Part shown: in pieces, positions 1 to 9,912 of the stretch | How the letters are laid out: each line of letters opens with the position of its first letter | Position numbering within the stretch: the first letter of the stretch is position 1 | IMG/VR virus record: IMGVR_UViG_3300042261_001186 | Location: 1-64,000 of that record | Strand: one strand, 5' to 3' | From: a virus | Length of the DNA stretch: 64,000 nucleotides | Made by a program: the position numbers and the translations under genes | Notes under the pieces: model-generated | Databases searched by the model: none | The model's input: the letters and a program-made list of their open reading frames with translations, nothing else | Told to the model about the DNA's origin: nothing

Positions 1-1
1 C

Positions 2-427
2 TTATATTTTTTTAAAATGTTCATCTATTTTTCCAAATCCTGACATTCCCATTCCACCATGAGTTTCTTCATTAGTTAAGAATTCTTCATCTGGTGAATA
101 AAAAGGTTTATCTGTTACATAATAATATGGATGATATTTAGTTTTAGACTCTAACATAGCACATTGAGAATAACTTATTCTTGTTACAGGATAAGATTCA
201 CCTTCTTGAAATAACATTTCATTTTCCCAAACCAAGTCTTTTATACAGAGTAATTTTTCACCTTTTTTGTATTTAGTGTTAAATACCTTTACATCTTTTA
301 ATTTTTTCTCTTTCATTTTTAGTTTATATATTTTTTCTATGAGTAGAGAAGTGGAATACCCCTCTGTCAGTTCTATTGTTACAACTTTACCACCATATGA
401 TTTCACAAAATCTTCACCAACAATCAT
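2..427 (-). CDS. Hypothetical protein; first ~36 aa resemble the C-terminus of an HldE/RfaE-type nucleotidyltransferase (remnant fused to an unrelated ORF); runs off the window edge
   Basis: IVGEDFVKSYGGKVVTIELTEGYSTSLLIEKI matches the C-terminal signature of HldE domain II; a second Met (MKEKKLK) follows. Confidence 0.5.
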   Translation of the reverse strand: MIVGEDFVKSYGGKVVTIELTEGYSTSLLIEKIYKLKMKEKKLKDVKVFNTKYKKGEKLLCIKDLVWENEMLFQEGESYPVTRISYSQCAMLESKTKYHPYYYVTDKPFYSPDEEFLTNEETHGGMGMSGFGKIDEHFKKI

Positions 428-432
428 AATCT

Positions 433-783
433 TTATATATTTATTTTTCCAATACCATCATTTCTTGGTAAACATATTGCTGTTGCAGTGTTTGAACCAT
501 CTGATTTTCTATCATTAATAACAACTCTTTCACCTCTACCTAATCCCATAATTAAATGGTCATAGACTATTCCACAGACAAGTAATTGTTTTTCTGTAAA
601 TTTTCTAAGAGATTCTTTTCTTCCAGTTGTTATAACTATTGTATATCCTGCAATTTCCCATTCATCTAATTTTTCCAAGACTCCTGGGAGAACTTCAGTT
701 TTTTGTTTAATTAATGTTGATGATGAACCACCTTGATGTTTTATTATGCAACCGTCTATGTCTAAAAATATTGTTTTACTCAT
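433..783 (-). CDS. Small HAD-superfamily phosphatase
   Basis: TIFLDIDGCI (DxD motif I), ITTGR (motif II), INDR (motif IV-like). Confidence 0.75.
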   Translation of the reverse strand: MSKTIFLDIDGCIIKHQGGSSSTLIKQKTEVLPGVLEKLDEWEIAGYTIVITTGRKESLRKFTEKQLLVCGIVYDHLIMGLGRGERVVINDRKSDGSNTATAICLPRNDGIGKINI

Positions 784-809
784 AATTTTATTTTATTTTT
801 ATCTTATTT

Positions 810-1826
810 TTATCTTATATCTTCTTCTACAACCGTCCAAGTTGGATCATTTTTTAAAGTTTTTTTAGTATTCATTTCTGATCTAATTCTGGTTAAAATA
901 TAATACATATCATTCATGAATATACCGAATATTCTCCTTGAGAAAAGAGCCAAATCTTTTTCACTCTTAGTTTTTGAGAATGATTCTAGTTTATCATTCA
1001 AATATTTAACTGATTCCATACTTGGAACTGGTTGGTTTTGAGGAAATAATAATTGGGATTCTATCATCTTGAATTTTTCATATGATTCTTTCAATTCTTC
1101 TATGTAAGAAGTTTTTGAATCATTGAATTTCCCATAAGACATGTATATGACTTGATGTTTTGTCAGTACCCTTTTCATTTCTGGTCTATCTGAATATTGT
1201 ATCCAACTATCACCACAAGCATCAAGTGATACTGGGTCCAAAGGATTTAAACCTAAGATATTTTCATGTTTTTTATCAAATATTATTTCAAATGCTAAAT
1301 AACCATCAATTAGAAATGTCTTTATGTAATTATACAATGAATGATTTTCTATGATAGGATATCCATCTGGTTTCATTAATGTTATAAATTGAGTTTTCAA
1401 ATTATCATATATAGCATCTGTAACAATATCAAGAAAATTCCTGAGTTCATCTTTACATGCCAATTGTCTGAGTATTCTTCTTTTTTCCAAGTAAGGTCTA
1501 TCTTGGAAATCTATTTTATCTTTTTTTTGAAATGTATAGTCAGTACTAGATTCTTTAGAGTTATTTGTTAATCTTTTTTCCCAATAAGAGTCTGATAATT
1601 TATAATATACTGCTGAATTTGGTGTGAATTCCACACCAGATTTCATTCCTGCTAACCAGGATTTAAAAATCACTAAAGATTCATTGTTTATGTGAATAAT
1701 ATCAGCAGTATTGTATGCTGCACTTTTTTGTAATCCATCAGAATTGTAAAAGTCTTTGTAAATATCTATACCTTCATCTCTTCTAGCAATTCTTAAATCA
1801 CCTAATTTAATTTCTTTGTTTTCCAT
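810..1826 (-). CDS. Truncated paralog of the T4 gp20-like portal protein
   Basis: Colinear similarity to 58282..60099: DRPYLEKRRILRQ vs DRTYLDKRKILRQ; LIDGYLAFEIIFD vs LIDGYIAYEIIYD; PLDPVSL vs PLDPITL; TSYIEEL..Y..FKMIE vs TSYVENL..Y..LKMIE. Confidence 0.8.
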   Translation of the reverse strand: MENKEIKLGDLRIARRDEGIDIYKDFYNSDGLQKSAAYNTADIIHINNESLVIFKSWLAGMKSGVEFTPNSAVYYKLSDSYWEKRLTNNSKESSTDYTFQKKDKIDFQDRPYLEKRRILRQLACKDELRNFLDIVTDAIYDNLKTQFITLMKPDGYPIIENHSLYNYIKTFLIDGYLAFEIIFDKKHENILGLNPLDPVSLDACGDSWIQYSDRPEMKRVLTKHQVIYMSYGKFNDSKTSYIEELKESYEKFKMIESQLLFPQNQPVPSMESVKYLNDKLESFSKTKSEKDLALFSRRIFGIFMNDMYYILTRIRSEMNTKKTLKNDPTWTVVEEDIR

Positions 1827-1849
1827 TTTGTTTTGATTTTTTTTTGTTT

Positions 1850-2425
1850 TTAATTTGTTTTGAGTTGTTTTTTATAGCATTTTCTACATAGTGGTTTATA
1901 ACTTTCATTACCACCTATTTGTACTTGTTCGCCTTCGGTTGCTATTTTACCATTGACATATCTTATATTTAATATTGCTTTCTTTTCACATTCATGACAA
2001 AGTGTTACTAATTCCTGTATTTCATCAGCTATTGCTAATAAACAAGCTGATCCTTCAAATACATTCAATTGAAAATCACTTCTTAATCCATATGCAATGA
2101 CTGGTATATCTAAATCATCAACTATATCAGATAATTGTAAGATATGATTTCTTTTAAAGAATTGAACTTCATCTACTAATACACAATCTATTTTATCTGA
2201 ATTCTTTACATAGTCATAAATATTCATTTCATCATTTACACCTATAGCTTTTTCAGAAATACCTATTCTAGATTTAACTATATTTTCCCCATATCTATTA
2301 TCTTTAGCAGAGGTAAATATTATAGTTTTCTTCCCTCTTTCAAGGTAGTTGAAATTAACCTTTAATATATCTAAAGATTTACCAGAGGACATTGAACCAT
2401 ATCTAAAAAATAATTTAGCCATCAA
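1850..2425 (-). CDS. tdk: Thymidine kinase
   Basis: YGSMSSGKS P-loop, VDEVQF, YGLRSDF, Zn-binding CHEC...CRKC, QIGGNESY. Confidence 0.97.
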   Translation of the reverse strand: MMAKLFFRYGSMSSGKSLDILKVNFNYLERGKKTIIFTSAKDNRYGENIVKSRIGISEKAIGVNDEMNIYDYVKNSDKIDCVLVDEVQFFKRNHILQLSDIVDDLDIPVIAYGLRSDFQLNVFEGSACLLAIADEIQELVTLCHECEKKAILNIRYVNGKIATEGEQVQIGGNESYKPLCRKCYKKQLKTN

Positions 2426-2485
2426 TCAATTATATAAAAAAACACTTTAAGAGTTTAATATATAGTAATAAAAATATCTTTTAGG

Positions 2486-2941
2486 ATGGGAGTGAAGAAG
2501 TATTTGAGTTTTTTGAATGAAGAAGTATCAGAAGAAGTTCTTAAATTTAGGAGAGCTATGGGTGATTATGGAGATGATGAAATAGAATTCAAAGATTCTA
2601 GGAAATTCCAGGAAAATGGAAATCCATTTCAAGATGATGGTGATGATGATGAAGATTATGATAATTGGGACACTTTCAAAAGAGAAAAAATATTTTATTT
2701 ATTTCATGCAACAGAACAAAACCTCCTTCCAACTATAATAAGAAATGGGTTGATTGGGAGGATTTATTTAACAGATAATCCAGAAACAGCTCTAGAAAAA
2801 CACCCTGTTTTGTTAAGAATAGAAGTAAATAATTTGGGTTTGACTAAAGAAGGGGATTATTATATTGCTAACAACATAGCCCCTAATAGAATAGAAGTCA
2901 TAGGTAGTATGCAAGAATTTATAAATTATTATTCTAATTAA
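2486..2941 (+). CDS. Capsid-targeted protein with ART-fold (Tpt1/KptA NAD-binding-like) domain
   Basis: Leader KKYLSFLNE; LFHAT..LPTIIRNGL..IYLT..A..VLLRI..IAP pattern; paralog of 3305..3667. Confidence 0.55.
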   Translation: MGVKKYLSFLNEEVSEEVLKFRRAMGDYGDDEIEFKDSRKFQENGNPFQDDGDDDEDYDNWDTFKREKIFYLFHATEQNLLPTIIRNGLIGRIYLTDNPETALEKHPVLLRIEVNNLGLTKEGDYYIANNIAPNRIEVIGSMQEFINYYSN

Positions 2942-3228
2942 CCGTATGTATCTATTTCTTTAATAACTTGATCTATTTTTTTACCCAAATCAAAAGGTAA
3001 CATAGCTTGACTCCTACAAGCTTCCAACAAAGATTTCATTTGCATAGATACTTTCAAAAGAGCTGCAATGTCTCTTTCCATAGTCATATCTATTTTTTTG
3101 TTTTTAGTATATTGATCTAATTCATTTTTAAGTTTTTGATTTTCTAATCTTAAAAATTCTAATTCATAATTAGAACCTGTTGGCCCAGACCATACACTAT
3201 CATTGAAAGATGTATTTTTTTTCCTCAT
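2938..3228 (-). CDS. Hypothetical coiled-coil protein
   Basis: 96-aa ORF with heptad LRLENQKLKNEL; fills the gap between two + genes. Confidence 0.6.
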   Translation of the reverse strand: MRKKNTSFNDSVWSGPTGSNYELEFLRLENQKLKNELDQYTKNKKIDMTMERDIAALLKVSMQMKSLLEACRSQAMLPFDLGKKIDQVIKEIDTYG

Positions 3229-3304
3229 ATAGACTTTTTATTTTATATAACAAAAAAACAAGTTTTTGTTTTTAATATATATATTAAAACATACTAAAAT
3301 ATAA

Positions 3305-3667
3305 ATGATTAGAAATTATCTTAAATTTATGAATGAAGCAAATGATATAGAAGATGATGATTCTGTATTAGATGGTTCAGAACCAGATTCTTTTTATACT
3401 GATTGGGGTAAATGGAGAGATGGTAAAGGTTTTGAAAAAACAAATCCTAATGAATTTCTCTATCATTCAATAGAAGATGATTATTATGATGGTGTTATGA
3501 AAGATGGTTTAATAGGTAAAATATATTTAACAGAAACTCCACAAGAATCTGCTCAACATCATCCAATTGTTTTGAAAATTAATGTAAAAGGATTAAGATT
3601 AAGAAAAGATGGTAATCATTGGACATTTTATGGTAAAATACCAGTTTCAAAATTAGAAGAGATATAA
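3305..3667 (+). CDS. Capsid-targeted protein with ART-fold (Tpt1/KptA-like) domain
   Basis: Leader MIRNYLKFMNE; LYHSI..VMKDGLIGKIYLT..PIVLKI..GNHW..KIP; TAATATATA upstream. Confidence 0.55.
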   Translation: MIRNYLKFMNEANDIEDDDSVLDGSEPDSFYTDWGKWRDGKGFEKTNPNEFLYHSIEDDYYDGVMKDGLIGKIYLTETPQESAQHHPIVLKINVKGLRLRKDGNHWTFYGKIPVSKLEEI

Positions 3668-3681
3668 AATAATTAAAAATT

Positions 3682-4227
3682 ATGATAAAAGATAAAGAAA
3701 AAATACTTATACAAACATTATATAATTTCTATAAGGTAGAAGAACCTAAGAAAAAAGAAATATTATGGCCATCAAGTTTGTCCCCAGTTGAATTTACAGA
3801 TGGTGATCCAGTTATGTATGATGATCAAGATGGTAAAAAAAGAGCTGGTATATATAAAGGTTTTAGAAAAGAAGATGGTAAGTATAAAATTCAATTTGTT
3901 GATAATGGTGGGATAAGATATTGTTCTAGAAATAGAGTAAAAAAAATAGAAACAAAAGAAGAACCTAAAATAACTAAACAAGAATTAGATAAAATTCAAA
4001 AATTAATTAGAATTCTTAATCAAATGGTTGCAGATGGTGATTTATCACAAGAAGCTGTAGATGTTTTTGTTAAAGATTTAGAGATAGAGAAAAAACATAA
4101 ATTACTTGATCCTTATAATGAAGAAAATTGGGATGAAGATGTTCAAATAATAAAGAAAACACCTATTCAACAACCTGGTATTACATGGAAACCAGCAGAA
4201 GATAGACCTGCCTATAGAGGCTGTTAA
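3682..4227 (+). CDS. Hypothetical protein with SH3/Tudor-like beta domain and DPxxEExW tag
   Basis: FTDGDPVMY..G.Y..YKIQF; LLDPYNEENW. Confidence 0.65.
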   Translation: MIKDKEKILIQTLYNFYKVEEPKKKEILWPSSLSPVEFTDGDPVMYDDQDGKKRAGIYKGFRKEDGKYKIQFVDNGGIRYCSRNRVKKIETKEEPKITKQELDKIQKLIRILNQMVADGDLSQEAVDVFVKDLEIEKKHKLLDPYNEENWDEDVQIIKKTPIQQPGITWKPAEDRPAYRGC

Positions 4228-4237
4228 AACTAAAATT

Positions 4238-5104
4238 ATGATATTACATAACAAAGAAGTATTCCCAAAGACAATATATTGTCTTACAGATGGCATTGCC
4301 GAAGAAGTAAAAAGACCTTTTTTCAATATACAAATTAAACTAAATGGTTGTAATGCAAATTGTGAATTTTGTATTAGTAAAACTGGTAAGAAATTCAATG
4401 AAGACCTATTTTTTGATAAACTGACTGAGATAAGAGAAAAGGCTTTCATTAAAAGACTTAATATAACTGGTGGTGAACCAACAATCAATTTTGAATTATA
4501 TAACAGAATAGTTAGAAAATTAAGAGAATTATTACCTGAAACATTCATAGTCCTTAATACTAATGGATATAATTTTGAAAAAGTATTTGAATCTGATTCA
4601 CATAAATACCTTAATAATATTCAATTAAGTAGACATCATTATATTGATGAAATCAATAATAAAATATTAGGATTCAAATCTGTACCAAGAGAACTTATTA
4701 AGAAAATTAATGAAGATTTAGAACATAAATTTTTAAATTTATCATGTAATTTAATAAAAGGATACATTGATAAAGATGAAGAAGTTTATAAGTATTTAGA
4801 TGATGCTAGTGATTTAGATATAAGATGGGTTGGTTTTGTATCATTAATACCTTTGAATGATTTCTGTAAAGAAAATTATATAGATTTTGAGAGTTTAAAT
4901 CTTACAAATAAAAGATTAATTCTTATGCAAAGTCATTGTTTAAATGACACTTGTAAATGTGCAGATTACCTTTATGTACCTAATGATTTAAGTTTTCCAA
5001 TAAAAGTGTATAATAAAATTATTAAAAAATCAAATGTAAAACACATACTTGTGTTTGATGGTGAGAATTTCAATGTTGGTTTTGATGGTGAATTATTGGC
5101 TTAA
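4238..5104 (+). CDS. Radical SAM protein
   Basis: CNANCEFC (CX3CX2C), ITGGEPT, LNTNG. Confidence 0.93.
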   Translation: MILHNKEVFPKTIYCLTDGIAEEVKRPFFNIQIKLNGCNANCEFCISKTGKKFNEDLFFDKLTEIREKAFIKRLNITGGEPTINFELYNRIVRKLRELLPETFIVLNTNGYNFEKVFESDSHKYLNNIQLSRHHYIDEINNKILGFKSVPRELIKKINEDLEHKFLNLSCNLIKGYIDKDEEVYKYLDDASDLDIRWVGFVSLIPLNDFCKENYIDFESLNLTNKRLILMQSHCLNDTCKCADYLYVPNDLSFPIKVYNKIIKKSNVKHILVFDGENFNVGFDGELLA

Positions 5105-5670
5105 ATTTTATTTTCATATTTTAATTTAAGTAATAAATATTCAGTTACTATATCAAAAACTTTCATTTGATCTATATCTCCCAAACTTATTTTAACAACT
5201 CTATTTTCTTCAGTAACTTGTACACTAGATTGTTTGAAATCATTGTAATTCATTGGAAGTAAACATATGTGATACTGACCAACATTATTAACATCTTTGA
5301 AAAGAACTTTATCTACTTCAATAGGAAATAATTGATTAAGAACAATACCTGTTTTTTCATGTAATATTCTTCTAACATTTTGTGTTTCTGTCTGATCATC
5401 ATTGAAACTATCTTTGATACTAGTTAAGTAATAGTCTATTGTGTTATATTCAGATTTATCTTTATATTTAAATTTGAATGCAGGACATTTCTCATATTTA
5501 AGAAGTATGTATCCTTCATCTTTAAAATAAGGTAATATAACAACTTCAGCATCACTTATTATGATATCTTTGTCACCAAATTTGATGATAGATAATTCAT
5601 CATTTTTGAATCTTTCCTCATTTTGTTCTTGTTGAGGTTCTGATTTTTTCATTCTAGTAAATTTTTCCAT
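5101..5670 (-). CDS. Degenerate Nudix-fold protein
   Basis: VVILPY...ILL...TETQNVRRILHEKTGI resembles a Nudix box lacking key Glu/Gly residues. Confidence 0.5.
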   Translation of the reverse strand: MEKFTRMKKSEPQQEQNEERFKNDELSIIKFGDKDIIISDAEVVILPYFKDEGYILLKYEKCPAFKFKYKDKSEYNTIDYYLTSIKDSFNDDQTETQNVRRILHEKTGIVLNQLFPIEVDKVLFKDVNNVGQYHICLLPMNYNDFKQSSVQVTEENRVVKISLGDIDQMKVFDIVTEYLLLKLKYENKI

Positions 5671-5685
5671 ATTTATGTTTTATTT

Positions 5686-6939
5686 TTATTCATCCCAATC
5701 TTCTTCACCTAAAGGATCATTTTCAGAAAATATTTGTTTTGGTTCATATATTTCTAAATCATTTGGGTCACAATATTGTGACATAAAAAACATAGACCCT
5801 GGTGGTTTAATTCTTATAAATATTGGAAATTTAAATGTAGGTTCTATTCTTTGTATTTTCCCAATATGTCTTGATTCTTTGTGTCTAACAACATCACCAA
5901 CTTTAAAATCCTTTATTTCTAAAGATTCATTAGTATCATCCCAATCTTCTTCACCTAATGGATCTATTTCTGATATTCTTGGTTTTGGGATGGTTACTCT
6001 ACCAGTAACATACATATTAACAACATCATCAACATCCAATATGAATATATTTTCTCTGTCATTAACAAAATATACATTACCATTAATTATTTCATAATGT
6101 AGCAAAAAAATATCAAAGTATTTATCTTCTTTGAATTTACGCCAAGAATTACCTATCCTTACTTGTCTTGTTGTGAAAAAAACATTTTTTCTTGTTATTA
6201 TTATTCTATCTAAATATTTTTTTATTTTATTGAGTAAAATGTTACGATCTGCAATTTTAAGTAATTCATCAATATCAACCATATTTTCTGTTTTAGTCAA
6301 ATATTCATTCAATGGTTCTTTAATAGGTTTAAATCCTTTATCATTGAAATAGTTTCCAAAATTAGGATCTTTGATGTCTACTTCACCTTCATATCTTCTT
6401 TTTCTGAAAATATTGAAATTTTTATTAAAGATATTGAAATTCAATTCATTAAGGTGTTCAATTGTCCAATCTTCTTCACCCAATGGGTCTATGTCTTTCA
6501 TTTGGTTTCTGAGTTGAGCTTCTCTATTTTTATAATCCTCTATTTCATCCTTATCATATATTTTCACAGAATAGTCATCTTCATTGAATTTTGCCATATA
6601 TATGCCAGTTCCAGATTTGTTGAATTCATCTATCATTTTTTTTATCCTACTTGTCACACCTATTCTAGCATTTTCACCCCAATTAGGAAGATAGATTCCA
6701 TATTCATCATAAGGCTCCCATCCTTCAGGTCTGAATCCAGCTTCACTTTTCAAGAAAATTTTATCACCATCTATTTTGACACTTAAATCATTGAATTCTC
6801 TGATACCTCCCCAAGTAGGATTACTGAATCTGTATCTATTAACAAATCTTTTGAACATCTCTATTTTAGATAGATTTGTCAAAGGATCTGGGATTTCTTC
6901 TTTTTTTCTTTTAAATTCCTCGAAAACTTTTATCATCAA
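5686..6939 (-). CDS. Multi-module putative internal head polyprotein with three DPLGEEDW tags
   Basis: Leader MIKVFEEF; DIDPLGEEDW, EIDPLGEEDW and C-terminal NDPLGEEDWDE; last module FKVGDVVRH (KOW/SH3-like). Confidence 0.75.
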   Translation of the reverse strand: MMIKVFEEFKRKKEEIPDPLTNLSKIEMFKRFVNRYRFSNPTWGGIREFNDLSVKIDGDKIFLKSEAGFRPEGWEPYDEYGIYLPNWGENARIGVTSRIKKMIDEFNKSGTGIYMAKFNEDDYSVKIYDKDEIEDYKNREAQLRNQMKDIDPLGEEDWTIEHLNELNFNIFNKNFNIFRKRRYEGEVDIKDPNFGNYFNDKGFKPIKEPLNEYLTKTENMVDIDELLKIADRNILLNKIKKYLDRIIITRKNVFFTTRQVRIGNSWRKFKEDKYFDIFLLHYEIINGNVYFVNDRENIFILDVDDVVNMYVTGRVTIPKPRISEIDPLGEEDWDDTNESLEIKDFKVGDVVRHKESRHIGKIQRIEPTFKFPIFIRIKPPGSMFFMSQYCDPNDLEIYEPKQIFSENDPLGEEDWDE

Positions 6940-7037
6940 AACTAAACGTTTTTTTCTTTATATATAAAAAAAAGAATATATAATTTTAATATATAAGATT
7001 AATTATTTAACTTTACAAAAAAATAAACTCAAGTTAT

Positions 7038-7559
7038 ATGAAATTCAAAGATTGGTTTAATAGAAATAGCGAAGATGAAGCACCTGCCAAAAAATATGGT
7101 AATGTAAAAGAAGGCAAGACTGCAGCTGATTGGTTCAGTGGAGATAATGATGATGATGATGCTGAAGCTGAAGAAAGACGTGCTGAACAAGAATATCAAA
7201 TGCAAGAGAAAGAAAGGATGCGTCTTGAAAAGGAAAAGCGTATGGCTGGAAAAGACAAGAAACAAGAAAAAGTCTTTCAAGTTGGAGATGTTTTAGTCTT
7301 AACTAATAAAAAACCATCTAGTAAAATGCCTGCAGATGCATGGGATTTCTTGAATACATATAAAACATTCACCGTACAATCTGTTAATGATCATGGTAAA
7401 ATCAATTTGGGTTGTAGAATATCAAAAAATGAGGATGGTAAAGGTGTAGAGAAAATATTTAATTTTGGTACAGACAGATTTGATTATGCAGATGCTTCAA
7501 AAAGAGTTGCACCAGGTATAAAACCTATGGTAGATGACATTGAAGAAGATGTAGACTAA
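7038..7559 (+). CDS. Hypothetical protein with FQVGDVL beta-barrel module
   Basis: 173-aa ORF with TAATATATA upstream and a terminator downstream. Confidence 0.7.
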   Translation: MKFKDWFNRNSEDEAPAKKYGNVKEGKTAADWFSGDNDDDDAEAEERRAEQEYQMQEKERMRLEKEKRMAGKDKKQEKVFQVGDVLVLTNKKPSSKMPADAWDFLNTYKTFTVQSVNDHGKINLGCRISKNEDGKGVEKIFNFGTDRFDYADASKRVAPGIKPMVDDIEEDVD

Positions 7560-7560
7560 T

Positions 7561-7589
7561 AAAAAAAGGAGAATTTATTCTCCTTTTTT
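7561..7589. terminator. Bidirectional intrinsic terminator
   Basis: A7-GGAGAAT-TT-ATTCTCC-T6 between convergent genes. Confidence 0.75.
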
Positions 7590-8366
7590 CTTTATGGGTT
7601 TCTTTTCACTATTTATAAACCACCAATTATCTCTATATGGATCTTCTGCTTTTTTTGGTTTAGGTCTGAGTTTGAATCTACCTTCTTCATTGAATACAAC
7701 ATTATGTATACCTGTTCTACCACCTACACGTTCAACACTACCATCTTGCTTATAGACAGGTCTACCACCAATTTGTTCTATTTCATCATATTCACTCCAA
7801 AATTGTGAAGTATCAAAATAGAATGGTTTAAATCCTTCAATTGTTTTATATTCTTGATAAATGAATTCTTTATCTATCAAAACATCTCTAAATTCATTTT
7901 TACTAAGTTCTGGAATTATATATCCTATTCCTTTACATAATTTGCAATTCCAAGTGTGTTTTTCTTTCTTCTGAGTTGGGTTGTTGCATTTTTTTCTTTT
8001 CCTTTCCTTTCCAAATATCTCTTTCAAGTAAACATATTCATATTTGTCAGCATCTTTATCTTCAGGTGAGAATACTAAATTTCCTTGATTTGGTAACCAG
8101 TATGAGTTTGCGTCCTTGTCTGTTTTTGTAGGATATTCTGCAAGATTGAATTGACAACCATTACCATTAGGATTTCTCTTGTCAAATTTTATACAATATG
8201 TGTATCCATAATATAAAGTCCTATTGAAAATCTCACCTGACCATATCGCACCACCATACATCCTTACAAAGACTTTATCACCTATGTCGTATTTTATGTC
8301 TTTATATGCATCATCTTCTACCTTTTTGATTGAAGCCTCATTTAAGAATTCTTGAAATTTTTTCAT
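7575..8366 (-). CDS. Putative internal head protein, WWF-tail family (Zn-binding module)
   Basis: Leader MKKFQEFLNE; YDIGDKV; CNNPTQKKEKHTWNCKLCKG; C-terminal DPYRDNWWFINSEKKP. Confidence 0.75.
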   Translation of the reverse strand: MKKFQEFLNEASIKKVEDDAYKDIKYDIGDKVFVRMYGGAIWSGEIFNRTLYYGYTYCIKFDKRNPNGNGCQFNLAEYPTKTDKDANSYWLPNQGNLVFSPEDKDADKYEYVYLKEIFGKERKRKKCNNPTQKKEKHTWNCKLCKGIGYIIPELSKNEFRDVLIDKEFIYQEYKTIEGFKPFYFDTSQFWSEYDEIEQIGGRPVYKQDGSVERVGGRTGIHNVVFNEEGRFKLRPKPKKAEDPYRDNWWFINSEKKPIKKKGE

Positions 8367-9079
8367 TTTTTTATCGGTTTTTTCTCACTATTTATGAACC
8401 ACCAATTTTCATCTCCTGGATCATCTTCTTTTTTTTCTTTTGTTCTAACTAATAATCTTCCATTAGATTTCCAAGTTCTAACATCACTAAAATCAAGTGT
8501 AAACCAATAATTATCAACATTGAACCAAACTGGTTTATCATTGAAATAATTTTCATAAGATTCTTGGTATTTTATTTCCTTATCTTTTAAAGGTTCTCTT
8601 ATTAGTCTAAATATTTCATCATAACCTCTCATACCTGATCCTTTACAATATCTACAATTCCAAGTATGATGTGCTTTTTTTTGAGTAGGATTATCACATT
8701 TTCTTACATATTTATCAAAATATTCTTTAAGATAAATAATAGACTCACTTTTAGATTTACCATCATCTATATCTAAAACATTATTTTCATCAGTCCAATA
8801 TGCTCTTCTATCAGGATCAGATTTTTTAGGAAATTCAGAATTATAATATTCACCAGAACCTGCGCCATAATAAAAAGGTTTATCTTTTTCAACATAAACT
8901 TTTATACAATACATCATATTATGTGGTTCAACAGCTCTATTGAAAATCTCTCCTTTGAAAGTATTTAAATCTCTTCTTACTCTAAATAAAACCTTATCCC
9001 CTATATTATACTTAAAATCTTTATATTTATCTTCTTTTGGGATATTTCCTTCAAAGATAAATTCATTGTATTTCTTCAT
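8363..9079 (-). CDS. Putative internal head protein, WWF-tail family (paralog of 7575..8366)
   Basis: Leader MKKYNEFIFE; YNIGDKV; CDNPTQKKAHHTWNCRYCKG; DPGDENWWFINSEKKP. Confidence 0.75.
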   Translation of the reverse strand: MKKYNEFIFEGNIPKEDKYKDFKYNIGDKVLFRVRRDLNTFKGEIFNRAVEPHNMMYCIKVYVEKDKPFYYGAGSGEYYNSEFPKKSDPDRRAYWTDENNVLDIDDGKSKSESIIYLKEYFDKYVRKCDNPTQKKAHHTWNCRYCKGSGMRGYDEIFRLIREPLKDKEIKYQESYENYFNDKPVWFNVDNYWFTLDFSDVRTWKSNGRLLVRTKEKKEDDPGDENWWFINSEKKPIKK

Positions 9080-9903
9080 TTCTTAACAGGTTTTTTTTCA
9101 CTATTGGTAAACCACCAATTTGCATCACTTGGATCTAAAGGTTTTGATTCTGGTTTTGGTGGTTTTGGTTTGGCTTTATAGAGTTTTAATCTATCTGTCC
9201 AATAAACTACTTCCAAATCACCAGATATTGAAATACCTTCATTGCGATCTACATAATTTTCGCTTTCTGAATCATCTTCCCAGTAAAAATCATCAAATTC
9301 ATATCTTGTTCTTACGATATCTTTAAACATATCTGATTTCATAGTACCAACCAGGGCGAGGGCAGTGTTATTACTTTGGACTGTAAATTCTTTACCTTTA
9401 AGAAGTTCTTTCAATTCCAAAAGAACTCGATCTACATAAACATTTCCACCTTTTGATTTGTGTTTTTTTACTATTTCACTCAAATAAATGTAATTATCTT
9501 CTTCTTTTTTTTCTTCAGGTTTCTTGTCTGTTTTTTTAACTTTCTTTGTTTCAACTTTACCAGTACTTGAGATATGAAATTCTTTTCTACCTTTTTCATC
9601 TTCCCAATCTTCTTCATCCTCTTGTAACCTCAAATTCCAAGCAGGAAACCACCAATCATTTACCAAATACAACCTTCCATTATAAGGACCATATTTTTTG
9701 AGTCCTTTGGCCCCCATATTGGTTAGTACTTCACCAATTTGTTTTGTACTACTAATATTGTCAACGACACCAACTTCATCATCATATTCATAATCATCTA
9801 CCATACCAGATACTATTACTCTATCTCCAACTTTGAAGACTGGTCTGAGTTTTTTTTCTGTTATTTCTGCTTCATTTAAAAAGGATGAAAAATTATATAC
9901 CAT
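9076..9903 (-). CDS. Putative internal head protein, WWF-tail family
   Basis: Leader YNFSSFLNE; FKVGDRV; DPSDANWWFTNSEKKP. Confidence 0.75.
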   Translation of the reverse strand: MVYNFSSFLNEAEITEKKLRPVFKVGDRVIVSGMVDDYEYDDEVGVVDNISSTKQIGEVLTNMGAKGLKKYGPYNGRLYLVNDWWFPAWNLRLQEDEEDWEDEKGRKEFHISSTGKVETKKVKKTDKKPEEKKEEDNYIYLSEIVKKHKSKGGNVYVDRVLLELKELLKGKEFTVQSNNTALALVGTMKSDMFKDIVRTRYEFDDFYWEDDSESENYVDRNEGISISGDLEVVYWTDRLKLYKAKPKPPKPESKPLDPSDANWWFTNSEKKPVKK

Positions 9904-9912
9904 TAATTCAAA

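Noticed and set aside
5686-6939. DPLGEEDW repeats as graspetide (ATP-grasp RiPP) cores for the RimK-like enzyme
   Set aside because: The motifs lack consistent Ser/Thr/Lys donors and sit on folded, unrelated proteins rather than a leader-core precursor
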